Shown: positions 10,917-21,927 of the stretch, in pieces
How the letters are laid out: each line of letters opens with the position of its first letter
How positions within the stretch are numbered: position 1 is the stretch's first letter
DNA from: Candidatus Saccharimonadota bacterium
Lineage (GTDB): Bacteria > Patescibacteriota > Gracilibacteria > BD1-5 > UBA6164
Length of the DNA stretch: 32,000 nt
Assembly: GCA_004563595.2 (NCBI GenBank)
Contig: CP042461.1
Span: 1,260,001-1,292,000 of the forward strand
Direction of reading: 5' to 3'
Made by a program: the position numbers and the translations under genes
The notes under the pieces: generated by a model
Databases searched by the model: none
Seen by the model: only the letters and a program-made list of their open reading frames with translations
What the model was told of the DNA's origin: nothing

Positions 10917-12422
10917 ATGAAATTCATAATAAAGCCATTTTCAGAAATAATGATTAAATCAAAGCCTGTGAGGAAAAGATTATTACAGACTTTGCAATAT
11001 AACTTAAATTTAAGAGTCAAAGCTCTTAATAGTAACTTAAAGGTGAGTATATTTTACGATAAGTTAGAATTAAACATCAAAGATCCAGATTGAGAAACAG
11101 AATTTGATTTGGTTGCAATAAAAAAAGCTTTATCAAGAACTCCTTGAATTGAGAGTTTTCTTGAAGTTGAAAGTCATGAGATATGTGATTTTGATGCTAT
11201 ATTAGAAAAAGCTGCAGAAGTATATTTAAATCAAATAAAAGATAAAAGTTTTGTAGTAAGGGTAAAAAGAAGTGGAAAACATGATTTTACATCCGTTGAG
11301 TTAGAAAGATATGTATGAGCATGACTCCTCAAAAAACTTGATACATTATGAATTCATGGAAAAGTAGATGTAAAGACTCCAGAAATAAAAGTAGCCATTG
11401 AGGTAAAAGATGAAAATCTCTATATAGTTAAAAATACTGGATATTGAATGGGATGATACCCCACTGGAGCACAAGATAAAATTATTAGCTTAATTTCTGG
11501 ATGATTTGACTCTGGAGTTTCAACGTACTCTATGATGAAAAGAGGTTGTAAGGTAGATTTTCTATTCTTCAACCTGTGAGGTTCTGCTCATGAACTCTGA
11601 GTAAAACAAGTTGCTTACTTTCTTAATAATCAATTTTCTGTTTGATACAGTGCCAATATCATCACTGTCCCGTTTGAAAAGCTTGTCCGTGAGTTAGTTA
11701 CTAATATTCATCATAAATACAGAGCTATTATTCTTAAAAGATGTATGCTTAAAATTGCAGATCAAATCTCTCAAGAACAAGATTATTACGCTATAGTTAA
11801 AGGAGATAGTTTAGGTCAAGTTTCAAGTCAAACCCTTAAAAATATGTTTGTTATAGACAAAGCATCTGATACTCTCGTACTGAGACCTCTCATAGCATTT
11901 AACAAACAAGAAATTGTAAATATTACTAAACAGATCGGGACCTATGATTTCGCATGTAATATGCCGGAATATTGTGGGGTTATTTCAGACAAACCTTCTA
12001 CTGGTGCTAAATTGGAAGATGTACTGAAAGAAGAAAAAAATCTTGACCTCAGTATATTAGAAGAGGCTTTTATAAATAAAAAAGTAGCAAAGGTTACTGA
12101 TGTTATTAATCAAATCCAGACAGGGAATAATGATATAGAATACTCTAACTTTGCTCTTGAAAATGATGTTGTTATAGATGTCAGGGATCCTGAAAATATC
12201 AAGAAAAAACCTCTTGTAATCGAATGAAAAGAAAATTTAGAGATACCTTTTTATGATATCAATAATGTATTTAAAGATCTCGATCAAAGTAAAACTTATC
12301 TCCTATATTGTGATAAGTGAGTCATGTCAAAATTACATTGATTATATCTGAAAGAAAAATGATTTGGGAATGTAAAAGTTTTTAAAGTTCTTGAAAAAGA
12401 TAAGACTTGTGGAACTTTATAA
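10917..12422 (+). CDS. thiI: tRNA 4-thiouridine(8) synthase ThiI with C-terminal rhodanese domain
   Basis: 501 aa: MKFIIKPFSEIMIKSKPVRKRL.... The PP-loop is ISLISGGFDSGVS, whose second Gly is TGA at 11502-11504. It also has ...AIVKGDSLGQVSSQTL and a C-terminal rhodanese-like YCDKGVMS. Confidence 0.9.
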
Positions 12423-12424
12423 AC

Positions 12425-12459
12425 AAAAAAAGAAAGAGACTTTGTCTCTTTCTTTTTTT
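12425..12459. terminator. bidirectional intrinsic terminator
   Basis: agaaagagac (12431-12440) pairs with gtctctttct (12444-12453), flanked by A- and T-runs. It lies between convergent thiI and the repeat-protein gene. Confidence 0.75.
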
Positions 12460-12462
12460 GTT

Positions 12463-14442
12463 TTAAGCTATGTCCTTTTTTACTCATTCTATTCACTGAT
12501 TTATTGATGCAATAAGCTCTGTTCCTTTTCCACTTACAGGTAATGACTGTACTAATTCACCTGAACTATTAAAAACTCATGCTTTTATTTCTCCTAAACG
12601 TTTATTTCTAGATCAGAATTTACTAAACAGACTTGTTTTTGTTTCTTCTCTATACATTATTACAGCATAGTCTCCTCCTTTGTTAGGGATGATACCTACT
12701 TGTTTTTTGTTTGAAGTTCCATTTTCTAAACTTGCAACTGCTACTTCTAGTACTTGAGTATTGTACCCTTGTTCAATATTATTTCTTTGTTCGTTTATAT
12801 ATGCAATTGCTTGTTCTTCTGATTCTATAACAGTATCTCCCATACCAATGGGAGAGTCAGAAATTCAGTCTGTCCATGTTGTATCATATGTAATAGCCAT
12901 TGATTCATCATCAAGTTCTAATGTAATAGTTTCTCAATTTACTCATATAAATGTTGTTAAATCTTTATCAGTAAAGGTTTTAACAAGAAATTCCTTTGTT
13001 GTTTTATACGCTTCAGCAGTTGTTTCAACCACATTATCATATACTTCTCCAGAAGCCTTCGTAAAATCATCAAATGCTTCTCAGGATGCATCAACAATAT
13101 TATCAAAAGTTGATGGTTCTTCAGCTGAACTATCATCAGCTATGAGAATGTCCATATCTATATTATTCATTGCTGCTTCAAATGCGTCCATTTCAGCAAT
13201 TGTTGACTTTCATGCTTTATTAATATCGCTTTCGAACTGAGTAGAAAGGTCCGCATATACCTCTTGATTCTTTATGTATTTCACTCATAAACCTTTTACT
13301 TGCCCCAGTCTCATTTGCTCCTTATCCTTCACTTCTGAATTAAAAGTTTCCATTGCAATTTTTGCTGTACTAACTTCTATTAAACTTGCCTTTCATACTC
13401 CAAGTAAAGGCTTCATTGTTGCTTCTAAATTAGCTTTTGATTCTATCGTTCAATAAAGAACATCTACATTTTTCATATTATTTCTATACTCTTTATTCAT
13501 AGAAATTACAGTTTGAAACCTATCAGCTTCTTGCTCCGCTTGAGATTTTTGCTCTGCTAATACTCTTGCATGTTCAGCTTCCGCTTGAGATTTTTGTTCT
13601 GCCAATACTCTTGCCTGTTCAGCTTCCGCTTGAGATTTTTGTTCTGCCAATACTCTTACCTGTTCAGCTGCTGCTTGGGATTTTTGCTCTGCTAATACTC
13701 TTACCTGTTCAGCTGCTGCTTGGGATTTTTGCTCTGCTAATACCCTTGCTTGCTCTGCTTCTCCTGTTTGTCTAACTTGATTTAATTTTGCTAAATTTTC
13801 TTCATCACCTTCAGCTTCTGATCTAACTTTTGTAAAATCAACTTTATTATTATTAGATAAATTATCATCAAATGATGTATAAAACTCTGATATATTTGTA
13901 TCTTGATTAAATTTTCAATCTGTCATACTGATATATCAATGTTCATCAGTGTTATCAGTTATATCTTTCATATAAGATTCTTTTCTATAAACCAGAATTT
14001 TATTTGATCAACTATTATGAACTAGAGAAAAAACTTTATTCTTATCGTCTTTTACTGTTGAAGCAATACTATTATAGTCGGGTAAATTTATACCAGCTGA
14101 CGCACTTAAAAGGTTTTTAATAGCATTAAATGTATCTTCTGAGTCTACTGTATATCAGTTTTCTAACATTGCTAACATTGATTCTTTTAAGCTTTCTTTT
14201 GTATCAGTATATATTCTCTCTTTATCTTCATTAAGCCTTTGAGATAACTCGTCAATATCTTCCTTATCTTTCCCATCAATTTTATTATCTGCTGAAATAT
14301 CAGCTAACAATTCACTCACTGACTTTTCTTCGGAAGCTTTTTGTTCAGTTTTTTCTTGAGTCTCTCCAGATAATCATTCAGGTGTACCAAGTAAACTCCC
14401 CCTTACAGTCATCATAAATAAATTCTTGTAGAAATGGAACAT
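12463..14442 (-). CDS. hypothetical acidic protein with a central coiled-coil-like tandem repeat
   Basis: One open frame of about 650-659 aa under code 25, with candidate starts at 14442 or at ATG ATG 14415. It contains five copies of RVLAEQKSQA(A/E)AE(Q/H)(V/A). The flanking regions are rich in D/E/N/S/T. The stop is TAA at 12463-12465. No family recognised. Confidence 0.7.
13538..13762 (-). repeat. 5 x 45-bp in-frame tandem repeat inside the CDS
   Basis: The units are 13538-13582, 13583-13627, 13628-13672, 13673-13717 and 13718-13762. They are near-identical and occur in two subtypes (..cagcttcc.. and ..cagctgct..). The last unit is degenerate. Confidence 0.9.
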
Positions 14443-14494
14443 AAGATAATAATTATATAACTAAAATTTGTTTTTATTTTTTTGAACTAGTTAT

Positions 14495-14524
14495 ATTCTA
14501 TCATATACAGAAAAAAGATGTCAA
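14495..14524 (-). promoter_or_regulatory. putative promoter of the repeat-protein gene
   Basis: On the minus strand, TTGACA (14524-14519) is followed by an 18-nt spacer and TAGAAT (14500-14495) preceded by TGa (extended -10). Confidence 0.45.
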
Positions 14525-14574
14525 AAATTATATCTTGACACCTTTGCTATATAATGCATTTCAAGAAATAAAAA

Positions 14575-14596
14575 ACAAGATAACTCATTATCTTGT
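14575..14596 (-). terminator. intrinsic terminator of smpB
   Basis: acaagataa, loop ctca, ttatcttgt. It lies immediately after the smpB stop, with a T-run on the minus strand. Confidence 0.65.
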
Positions 14597-14598
14597 TT

Positions 14599-15060
14599 TT
14601 AAATAAATTTCTTCAGTGCCATTTTTGCCTCTTTATCCATTGACCTTTCCTTGAGAACCTGCTTCTTTTGATGAGCCTTTCTCCCTTTTGCCAATCAAAC
14701 TCTTAACTTAATCAAACTTCACTTAAAATACAGTTCTAATGGAATCACAGAGTATCATGCCTCTTTGATTTTAGATCATATATATGTAATAGTCTTCCTA
14801 TGTAAGAATATTTTTCTTGGAGCCTCGACTTCTATCGTTTCTCTATTTGAAAGTGCTTTCCATGGAGTAATATGCATTCATTTTACATATAATTCCCCAC
14901 TCATAAGTGAAACATATGCTCACTTCAAGTTTACATGCTTCGCTCTTACACTCTTTGTTTCATATCACTTTAACTCAATTCATGCCTCCCATGAATCAAG
15001 TATTTCATAATCAAAATATGCTTTTTTATTCTTTGTTATTAATGCATCATGTTTTTTCAT
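14599..15060 (-). CDS. smpB: SsrA-binding protein SmpB
   Basis: 153 aa: MKKHDALITKNKKAYFDYEILDSWEAGIELKGYETKSVRAKHVNLKGAYVSL...GMHITPW...RKIFLHRKTI...GYSVIPLELYFKGSLIKLRVGLAKGRKAHQKK. All in-frame TGA fall at typical Gly positions. Confidence 0.92.
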
Positions 15061-15084
15061 ATTCTCTTCATTATTTTTATCTGT

Positions 15085-16254
15085 TTAATTTCCTTCAAAT
15101 AAGTTTGATTGATCTTCTATAATATAATTTTTATCTTTTCCTTTATAATACCAGTCCCATTTCATGTAATCTTCTATATCATATTTACCAGCTCTGGCTA
15201 TATTATACGGATTTTTATGTATCGCAAAATGTAAATGATAATCAGCGTAATTTTTTTCAGGAACTCAAGAAACTCATACAGTTCAAACTGGTTCTCACTT
15301 CTTTACTAAAACTCCCTCCTCTATTCCTGTAAAAATATTACTTAAATGACTATAAAATATGACATCTCATCTCGTTGTTTTTAACCATACTTGATTTCAT
15401 CTTAATAGGTCTAAGTTTCTTAATTTTTCTTCTTTTGTAAGGGTTTCTGATTTTTTGATTTTTTGTAAATCCGAATAATCGAAATTTGAAACTACTCTCA
15501 TAACAATTGCATCATCTATCGCAACCACCTTTTCTCAAAAGGTATCTCATACATCCCAACCATGATGAACCCCATCTGTATAATCGCTTCTATATGACCT
15601 TAAAGCATTCGGTATTTTATTAGCATTTGTTGAAATTTTTTCTCATACTATTGGAACAATATACTTTTCCGTTCTTTTTTCTACTATATTATTTACAACA
15701 CTATAAGTATATATTAACTCTTTTAATGTTCTTTTCTTTTTCAGAAACGAGTAATGACTGATTCATAGGTCCTTTGAATAAGTCTTATATTGAGAAAATA
15801 TATTTATTTTGTTTTTCAATATAGAATGAAATGCTTGTAATTTTTCATCATTGAGGTCAAGTAATTTCTGATAAATACTTAATTCTGAATGTATATTTAA
15901 CGATGTCATAAATATAATTTCATTTTCTTCATCTCTAAATGAAATTTTATTATCTCTACAAGTATTATCCAGATACTGTAATTCAAATAAATAAAGATCG
16001 TCTTTCTTTTGAATAAATTTTGAAAAAATATTACATCTTGAGGTAATTTTCTTATTTTCTAAACTTTTTCCAGACTTAAAAATAAGTTTCGTTTTATATA
16101 AATTTCATGAATCAAGATAAATATTATTTGATGATTTAAAAGAAAGAGTAATTCATTTAAAAGCATACACACCAGAAAACACAAGTGAATAACCAAATAA
16201 TACACTAAATAATAATACTGATATCAAAGAAATAATTATTGGTTTTTTATTCAT
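15085..16254 (-). CDS. M23 family (LytM-type) metallopeptidase with N-terminal membrane anchor
   Basis: 389 aa. The N-terminal TM segment is MNKKPIIISLISVLLFSVLFGYSLVF. The catalytic motifs are DGVHHGWDV (HxxxD) and YHLHFAIH (HxH). Confidence 0.85.
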
Positions 16255-16324
16255 TCTTCATATTCTTAAGTAAAAATTGCACTTAATATAGCCAAAAATC
16301 TTATTTTTTCAAGTTTTTATTAAA

Positions 16325-16350
16325 AAAGCCCCTTGTTAACAAGGGGCTTT
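16325..16350 (-). terminator. intrinsic terminator (perfect palindrome)
   Basis: aaagccccttgt / acaaggggcttt, with a T-run on the minus strand (16321-16326). It lies downstream of the small ORF ending at 16369. Confidence 0.7.
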
Positions 16351-16368
16351 TAGATGCGAAAACAACTA

Positions 16369-16566
16369 CTATTCACTAATTGTACTTTCAAGTAATCAGT
16401 TAGAGTTAACAGAAACATTAATATTCTCTTCCATACGTTCAACATCATTTGGGCTCAGCATTCTCATAGCAACAGCTTCATCTAATGACATACCTATATT
16501 ATTTACTAAATCAATCAATTACGATTTAGACTTAGCCTGTAATAGGATAGATTGTATATTTAACAT
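16369..16566 (-). pseudogene. small ORF interrupted by an in-frame TAA (pseudogene, or a 15-aa leader peptide plus a 40-aa ORF)
   Basis: A strong RBS AAGGAG (16581-16576) lies 9 nt before ATG 16566. The first ORF reads MLNIQSILLQAKSKS and ends at TAA (16521-16519). The same frame then continues LIDLVNNIGMSLDEAVAMRMLSPNDVERMEENINVSVNSNGLLESTISE to TAG (16371-16369). The unit has its own terminator. Confidence 0.3.
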
Positions 16567-16799
16567 CTGACTCTTCTCCTTTTTTCGTTTTATTAAAGTC
16601 TTGGAATACTACCAGTGGTAACTGAGTAGCGAAACATGAATTCCACATTTAGTGATGTGTAAAATAGGCATATATTCTCTGATATAAAGAATAAAAACGT
16701 ATTTCAATCCAAGAATTTAGCTTACAATCCATGTGGCTTATAAACTGCGATAATTTATATCTTTTTTTTTATATAAGTCAAACTTTAAAAGTAGGTAAT

Positions 16800-19700
16800 T
16801 TATTTCCACTTCTTGTTCATCCACTCCTCTAGTCAGCCAATATCCTCCACTGAAATTTTCGTGGAGATTTCTTGTCATTTCAGGTTTATAAATACCTTGA
16901 TATCTCAGCTATGTTGAGTAAGTAAGAACTCTTTCAGCTCATGTAAATCTTGTTTCATAGCTGAATGAGGTATATCAACAACAAATTTATGAAGAACTTC
17001 TGGATCAAGAGCAACGAGTTGTAATTCTTTTGCTTGTTTTCCAATATTTATTTTTTCTTCTAGATTTTCATCAAACTTTTCCCCTCCTGACTCAGACTCA
17101 TTACTCTCTGAATTCTCTAAATCTGCTGTATCATTTAGATGTTTATGTAAAAATCTTTTTCAAGTATTAAAGAGTCAAAGATCAGTTGCTTGCTCTCTTA
17201 TCATTGCTATGCTGGCAAATTTCATATCACGTGTTCTAATACTTTTTCTTCCGTATTCAAAATTTACATCTAATGTTCCATTTACTATGATCACTTTATC
17301 TTCTTCCACTTTTTCTTTATATTTATCTAAGTCTCTTGGGAATAAAACTACTTCAAAATCATAATCAAATCATTCACATTTTAAAAACATCATTGTTTTT
17401 CAAGTCTTTGTGATAATTTTTCTAATATCAATAATCACTCCAACAGCTTGTACTACTTCCTCTTTTTCATCTTTTTTATCTTTTTTCTTTTGTTCTGCAT
17501 CTTTTCATTCGTTTTCTCTATCATAGATTTCTTGTAATTCTTGCATACTCATTTTTAACTTCTTTGTATTCGAGCTTCTTCTATTACAATATCTGCTCAA
17601 TCCATCAAGAGGGTGACCAGAAACATAAATTCATATTACTTCTTTTTCTCATCTTAATTTTTCTTCAAATGTGAATGGTTCACCTTCAATAAGCTCAAGA
17701 ATATCTTCAAATTCATCTGAATTATCAAATAAACCTATCTGACTGGTCTGTTTCTTTTTTTCATCTTTTCTACAAAACCTGATAATATCCAAAATACTAT
17801 CAAACATTTGTCTTCTTTCTCATAGGTCATCCATAGCTCAAGCAAGTATAAGGGCTTCGAGAGATTTTTTATTAATCACTTCATTTCAACAAAATTCAAT
17901 AAAATCTTCCAGTGAGTTAAATTTTCCACCAGCTTCTTTTCTAGCTTCAATAATCCTGTCGATTGGTCCCTCTCAAATTCATTTGATAGCTTTCAGTCAA
18001 AATCTTATATTATCATCATCAATATAAGTAAAATGTTTCAACGATTCTTGTACACTTGGTGGAAGAACACTAATTCACTTTGATTCACTCTCTGCAACTT
18101 CTAATACAATCCTTTCCATGTTTTCTTCATCTGAAATCATCACAGATGTAAGAAACTCTGTTGGATAATATGCTTTTAAATATGCTGTCTGGTATGCAAT
18201 AAAAGCATAACAAGCGGCATGAGACTTATTAAATGAATAGTTAGCTGCAGGCTGTATCATCTCTTCATATATATATCTACTTACTTCAGGCTTATATTGT
18301 TTATATGATTCAGATTTGATAATAAACTCCTTTTTTAAAGCTTCAATAACTTCAATTTTTTTCTTTCATATTCACCTTCTCAGTAGATCTGCTTCTCATA
18401 GAGAAAAACCTGCCATATATTGAACGATAAACATAAGTTGTTCCTGATATACTGCAATTCCATATGATACATCTAATATCTGTTTCAGATCTTCATTTAG
18501 TTTCATTTTTTGCTCTTCTATTTCTTCATCACTATACTTCTTCTTTAAAATCTCTACCAAATCATCTGTCATATATTTGATATCCTCTCTTCAAAATTTC
18601 CTATCAATATAGGTAGGAATATAAGCCAATGGTCCTGGTCTATAAAGAGACACCATCGCAATAATATCATCAAATGTATTTGGTTGTAGGTCTTTCAAAT
18701 ACTTTCTCATCCCATCAGATTCAAATTGAAATACTCATGTTGTATCTCATTCTGCAAATATTTCAAATGATTTTTGGTCAGCAGTATCTATTTGTAATAT
18801 ATCAAAATCATCTCATTTACTATTTTTAATAATTTTTTGAGCTCTTTTTATAATAGTCAGATTCCTAAGTCATAAAAAATCCATCTTAAGAAGACCAAGA
18901 TCCTCAAGAGGGTTCGCACTATATTGAGTTATGATACTCTCTGAATCCTTTGGAGGGTGTTGCAGCGCTGTAAAATTTGTCATTGGCTGTGGTGCAATAA
19001 TTACGGCACAAGCATGAACTCACAACTGCCTTACATTTCACTCAATTTTAAGTGCATTGTCTATGATTTCTTTATATTTTTCATTGGTATCATATGCTTC
19101 AAAAAACTCTGGAGAATCCTGAAGAGCTCCTTGTAGTTTTGTTCCTGGTTTCTCAGGAATGAGTTTTACAAGAGCATTCATCTCTGCAAAAGGAATTCCA
19201 TATACCCTTCATACATCTTTCACGGCAGCTCTTGCTGCAAAAGTACCAAAGGTACATATTTGTGCTACTCTATCTGCACCATATTTATTTCTACAATATT
19301 CTACGACTCTATCTCTTTCATTATCGGCAAAATCTGTATCGATATCAGGCATAGAGATTCTGGCTGGATTCAAAAATCTTTCAAATAGAAGATCATATTT
19401 CATAGGATCTATATCTGTGATTCATGACAAAAATGCCATAAGCGAACCAGCAGCTGATCATCTTCATGGTCATACTGGAATATCGTTATCACGTGCCCAA
19501 TTAATATAATCAGCCACAATCAAAAAGTAAGCATCAAATCACATTTCATGAATTACTACAAGTTCATACTCAAGCCTTTCTATGAAATCCTGTTGCTCTT
19601 GTGATAATTTTGATAGGAGTTCTTTCTTTTCATCAGTGTAATAGATAAGAGAGAGTTCTTTCAATTCTTCTGGTGAAGTTTCTGTCAGTTCTTTATCAAG

Positions 19701-20741
19701 AGAGGGTTTATCAAGTTTTTTAATAAATTCATAAATTGTCTGGTCATCAAGTCAGTAATCAAACCTCCAATTCAGTCATTTAAAAGAAAGATATCTTAAA
19801 TACCACTCCGAACTATCAAGTTTTTTTAGGACCGGTCCGGTGTTTTTCTTTTTTGACTCTATAACTGACTCATACCTTTCATTATCTTTTTCAGGAAGTT
19901 CAAAGGTTGGAATAAGCACTCCTCAAGTTTCTATTTCGATAGAAACCATATCTGCAATCTTTTGTGTATTACTCAATGCTTCAGGAAGAAAGCCAAATAG
20001 TATTTGCATATTTTCTTCATCTAGAAGAGAATAATTTCCATTCATCAGAGTTGTCCTATCTGGATTTTCTATTTCATGTCCTGTTCAAAGAGCCTGTATA
20101 ACATCTTGGGTTCTTGAGTCTTCTGGATCTACATAAAAACAGTTATTTGTAGCTACCACTGGAATTTGATGATTTTTATTGAGTTCTATTAAGGTATCTG
20201 TTACCAGTTTTTGTTTCGGTATATCATCATGATATATAAGCTCAAGATAATAGTTTTCTTTTCAAAAAACTGACGTATATTCAGCTATTCTTTGTAAGAT
20301 AGCCTCTTCTGATTTTCATGATAAGATATAATAGGGGATTTCTCCATTAATTGGTCATGAAAGACACACTACATTGTCTACATTTCCACGGAGATCATCA
20401 AAAGTTACTTTTGAAATCCCTCATCAGTTTTCTAAACTTGCTTTTGATGTAAGTGCTATAATGTTTTTATATCCATCAAGATTTTTTGCAAGAAGAACAA
20501 GTTTATGATTGAGCGTGCTATCAAGAGAAGATTCTACATATATTTCTGTTCATAAGATAGGGGTAATTCATGCTTTTACACACTCTGTATACAACTCATG
20601 ACAACCATGTATATTTGAAGTATCTGTCAAAGCAATGGCTGACATTCCAAACTCCTTTGCTTTTTTTACATAGTCCTTTGGCTTTGGAAGTCACTCTAAT
20701 ATTGAATAATGAGAATGGTTATGTAAGTGGACAAATGACAT
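16800..20741 (-). CDS. dnaE: DNA polymerase III subunit alpha
   Basis: 1313 codons. A codon-by-codon scan of the whole frame found no TAA/TAG and about 45 in-frame TGA. The N-terminal PHP domain is [43 protein letters not shown]. The track fragments [31 protein letters not shown] and [30 protein letters not shown] belong to it. Confidence 0.95.
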
Positions 20742-20873
20742 CTTTTAGAGGAGAATTTAAGCAGTAAATTTATAAATATTATTGTATGAATTTTTTCTAT
20801 AAATTCTAGTTTTTTGCATTTAAAAAAATATTGTGATAAGATAAAAAGGAATTTATAAATAAATTGAGAATAT

Positions 20874-21407
20874 ATGACTGTTGAACAAGCTAATAATACA
20901 GAGATAATTGATAATGAGCAAGCTAAAATTATTGAAGCTCTTGATAAAAAAGAAGAGCTTGTTGCTCTTTGAATACTAACGGGTATTGATAATCAAATTC
21001 CAGATTATGACATTGACCTCAGTATAGATAGAACCAACAATACATATAGATTTATTGTTGATAACAAATTAGCTCTTAACATAGAGCTTAATTTAAACCA
21101 AATACCTGAAATGTGAAAATTTTTAGTTGAAATATTTAATAAAATTGATAGTGCTGAACTTGAGTACGATATATTTTTTCCGAATGATTATGTTGATATA
21201 CAAATTGATTGAGATACTATGTTCTGAAAATTATGATTTGATAAGACGGTATTATCTACAGAAACAATGTGAGAGTTATTTTGAAAAGAAAATACTCCAA
21301 ATGATAAAGTAAGAGAAGTCTTTAAATTTATTAGCACTATTAGAAATAAGCCAGGTGGGTATAAATATGCTATTAATAACGAAACTGTGACTACAGAGAT
21401 AAATTAA
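20874..21407 (+). CDS. hypothetical protein
   Basis: 177 aa under code 25: MTVEQANNTEIIDNEQAKIIEALDKKEELVALGILTG...RNKPGGYKYAINNETVTTEIN. Eight in-frame TGA. No family recognised. Confidence 0.6.
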
Positions 21408-21486
21408 TTTTTATATACTTTTGACTTTTTTCTATATATAAATATAAAAAAGAGTAGAAACAAAAACAAACAAGTAGGAAAATAAA

Positions 21487-21927
21487 ATGAAAAGTAGTAG
21501 ACTTATTTTTCTTCTTATCAGTCTAATAATAACAAGTTGTGCTATTCTGACAACTGATGAGAAAAAATACTCTATACAGTATGAATGTGGGGAAGATAAA
21601 AAATTTACAAATTATTTTCAATCTGTTCCTTCAGAAATACTAAAACAACGATCCATGGTTGAATCAGCAAAATTGCATAAGTTCGAACATCAAACATGTA
21701 ATCAGATAGCATCGTCGTTATGACAATCGTCTCTCTGTAACATAAATAAAAACCGTAGTAAATTTACTACGGTTTTTTGAAATCCTATTTTTCTTCTCAA
21801 CTCTTCTCACTCTTCATCACTGGAAACAAGACAACATCTCTCAAATTTTCTTGTTCTGTCAATAATGATACTATTCTATCTATTCACATTCCCCAACCTG
21901 ATTGACATGGCATACCATATTCCATAG
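21487..21927 (+). CDS. putative lipoprotein; 3' end ambiguous
   Basis: It has a lipoprotein-type signal, MKSSRLIFLLISLIITSC. The 78-aa body has no TGA and ends at TGA 21721-21723. Under code 25 the frame runs through the terminator hairpin, and antisense into lysS, to TAG at 21925-21927. Confidence 0.5.
21748..21778. terminator. bidirectional intrinsic terminator
   Basis: ccgtagtaaa (21753-21762) pairs with tttactacgg (21763-21772), flanked by A- and T-runs. It lies 7 nt beyond the lysS stop. Confidence 0.8.

Noticed and set aside
12761-13240. Long standard-code ORFs on the opposite strand of real genes (12761..13240+, 3325..3744+, 19159..19509+, 25434..25814-, 25104..25394-, 29590..30093+, 28386..28697-, 27441..27710-)
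   Set aside because: They are antisense or out-of-frame shadows of code-25 genes (repeat protein, obg/tRNA, dnaE, T4CP, cyclase, pilins). They have low-complexity S/L/F/I-rich translations and no motifs. 3325..3744 even runs across a tRNA gene.
13538-13762. Possible CRISPR array or satellite, given the regular 45-bp periodicity
   Set aside because: The units are contiguous with no spacers, their length is a multiple of 3, and they lie in frame inside a long ORF encoding a repeated helical peptide.
16351-16799. tmRNA (ssrA) expected near smpB, in the large non-coding gap
   Set aside because: No tRNA-like acceptor or T-arm (GGTTCGAATCC-type followed by ACCA) and no tag-reading-frame signature is recognisable on either strand. 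The region is better explained by a promoter-leader-small ORF-terminator unit.
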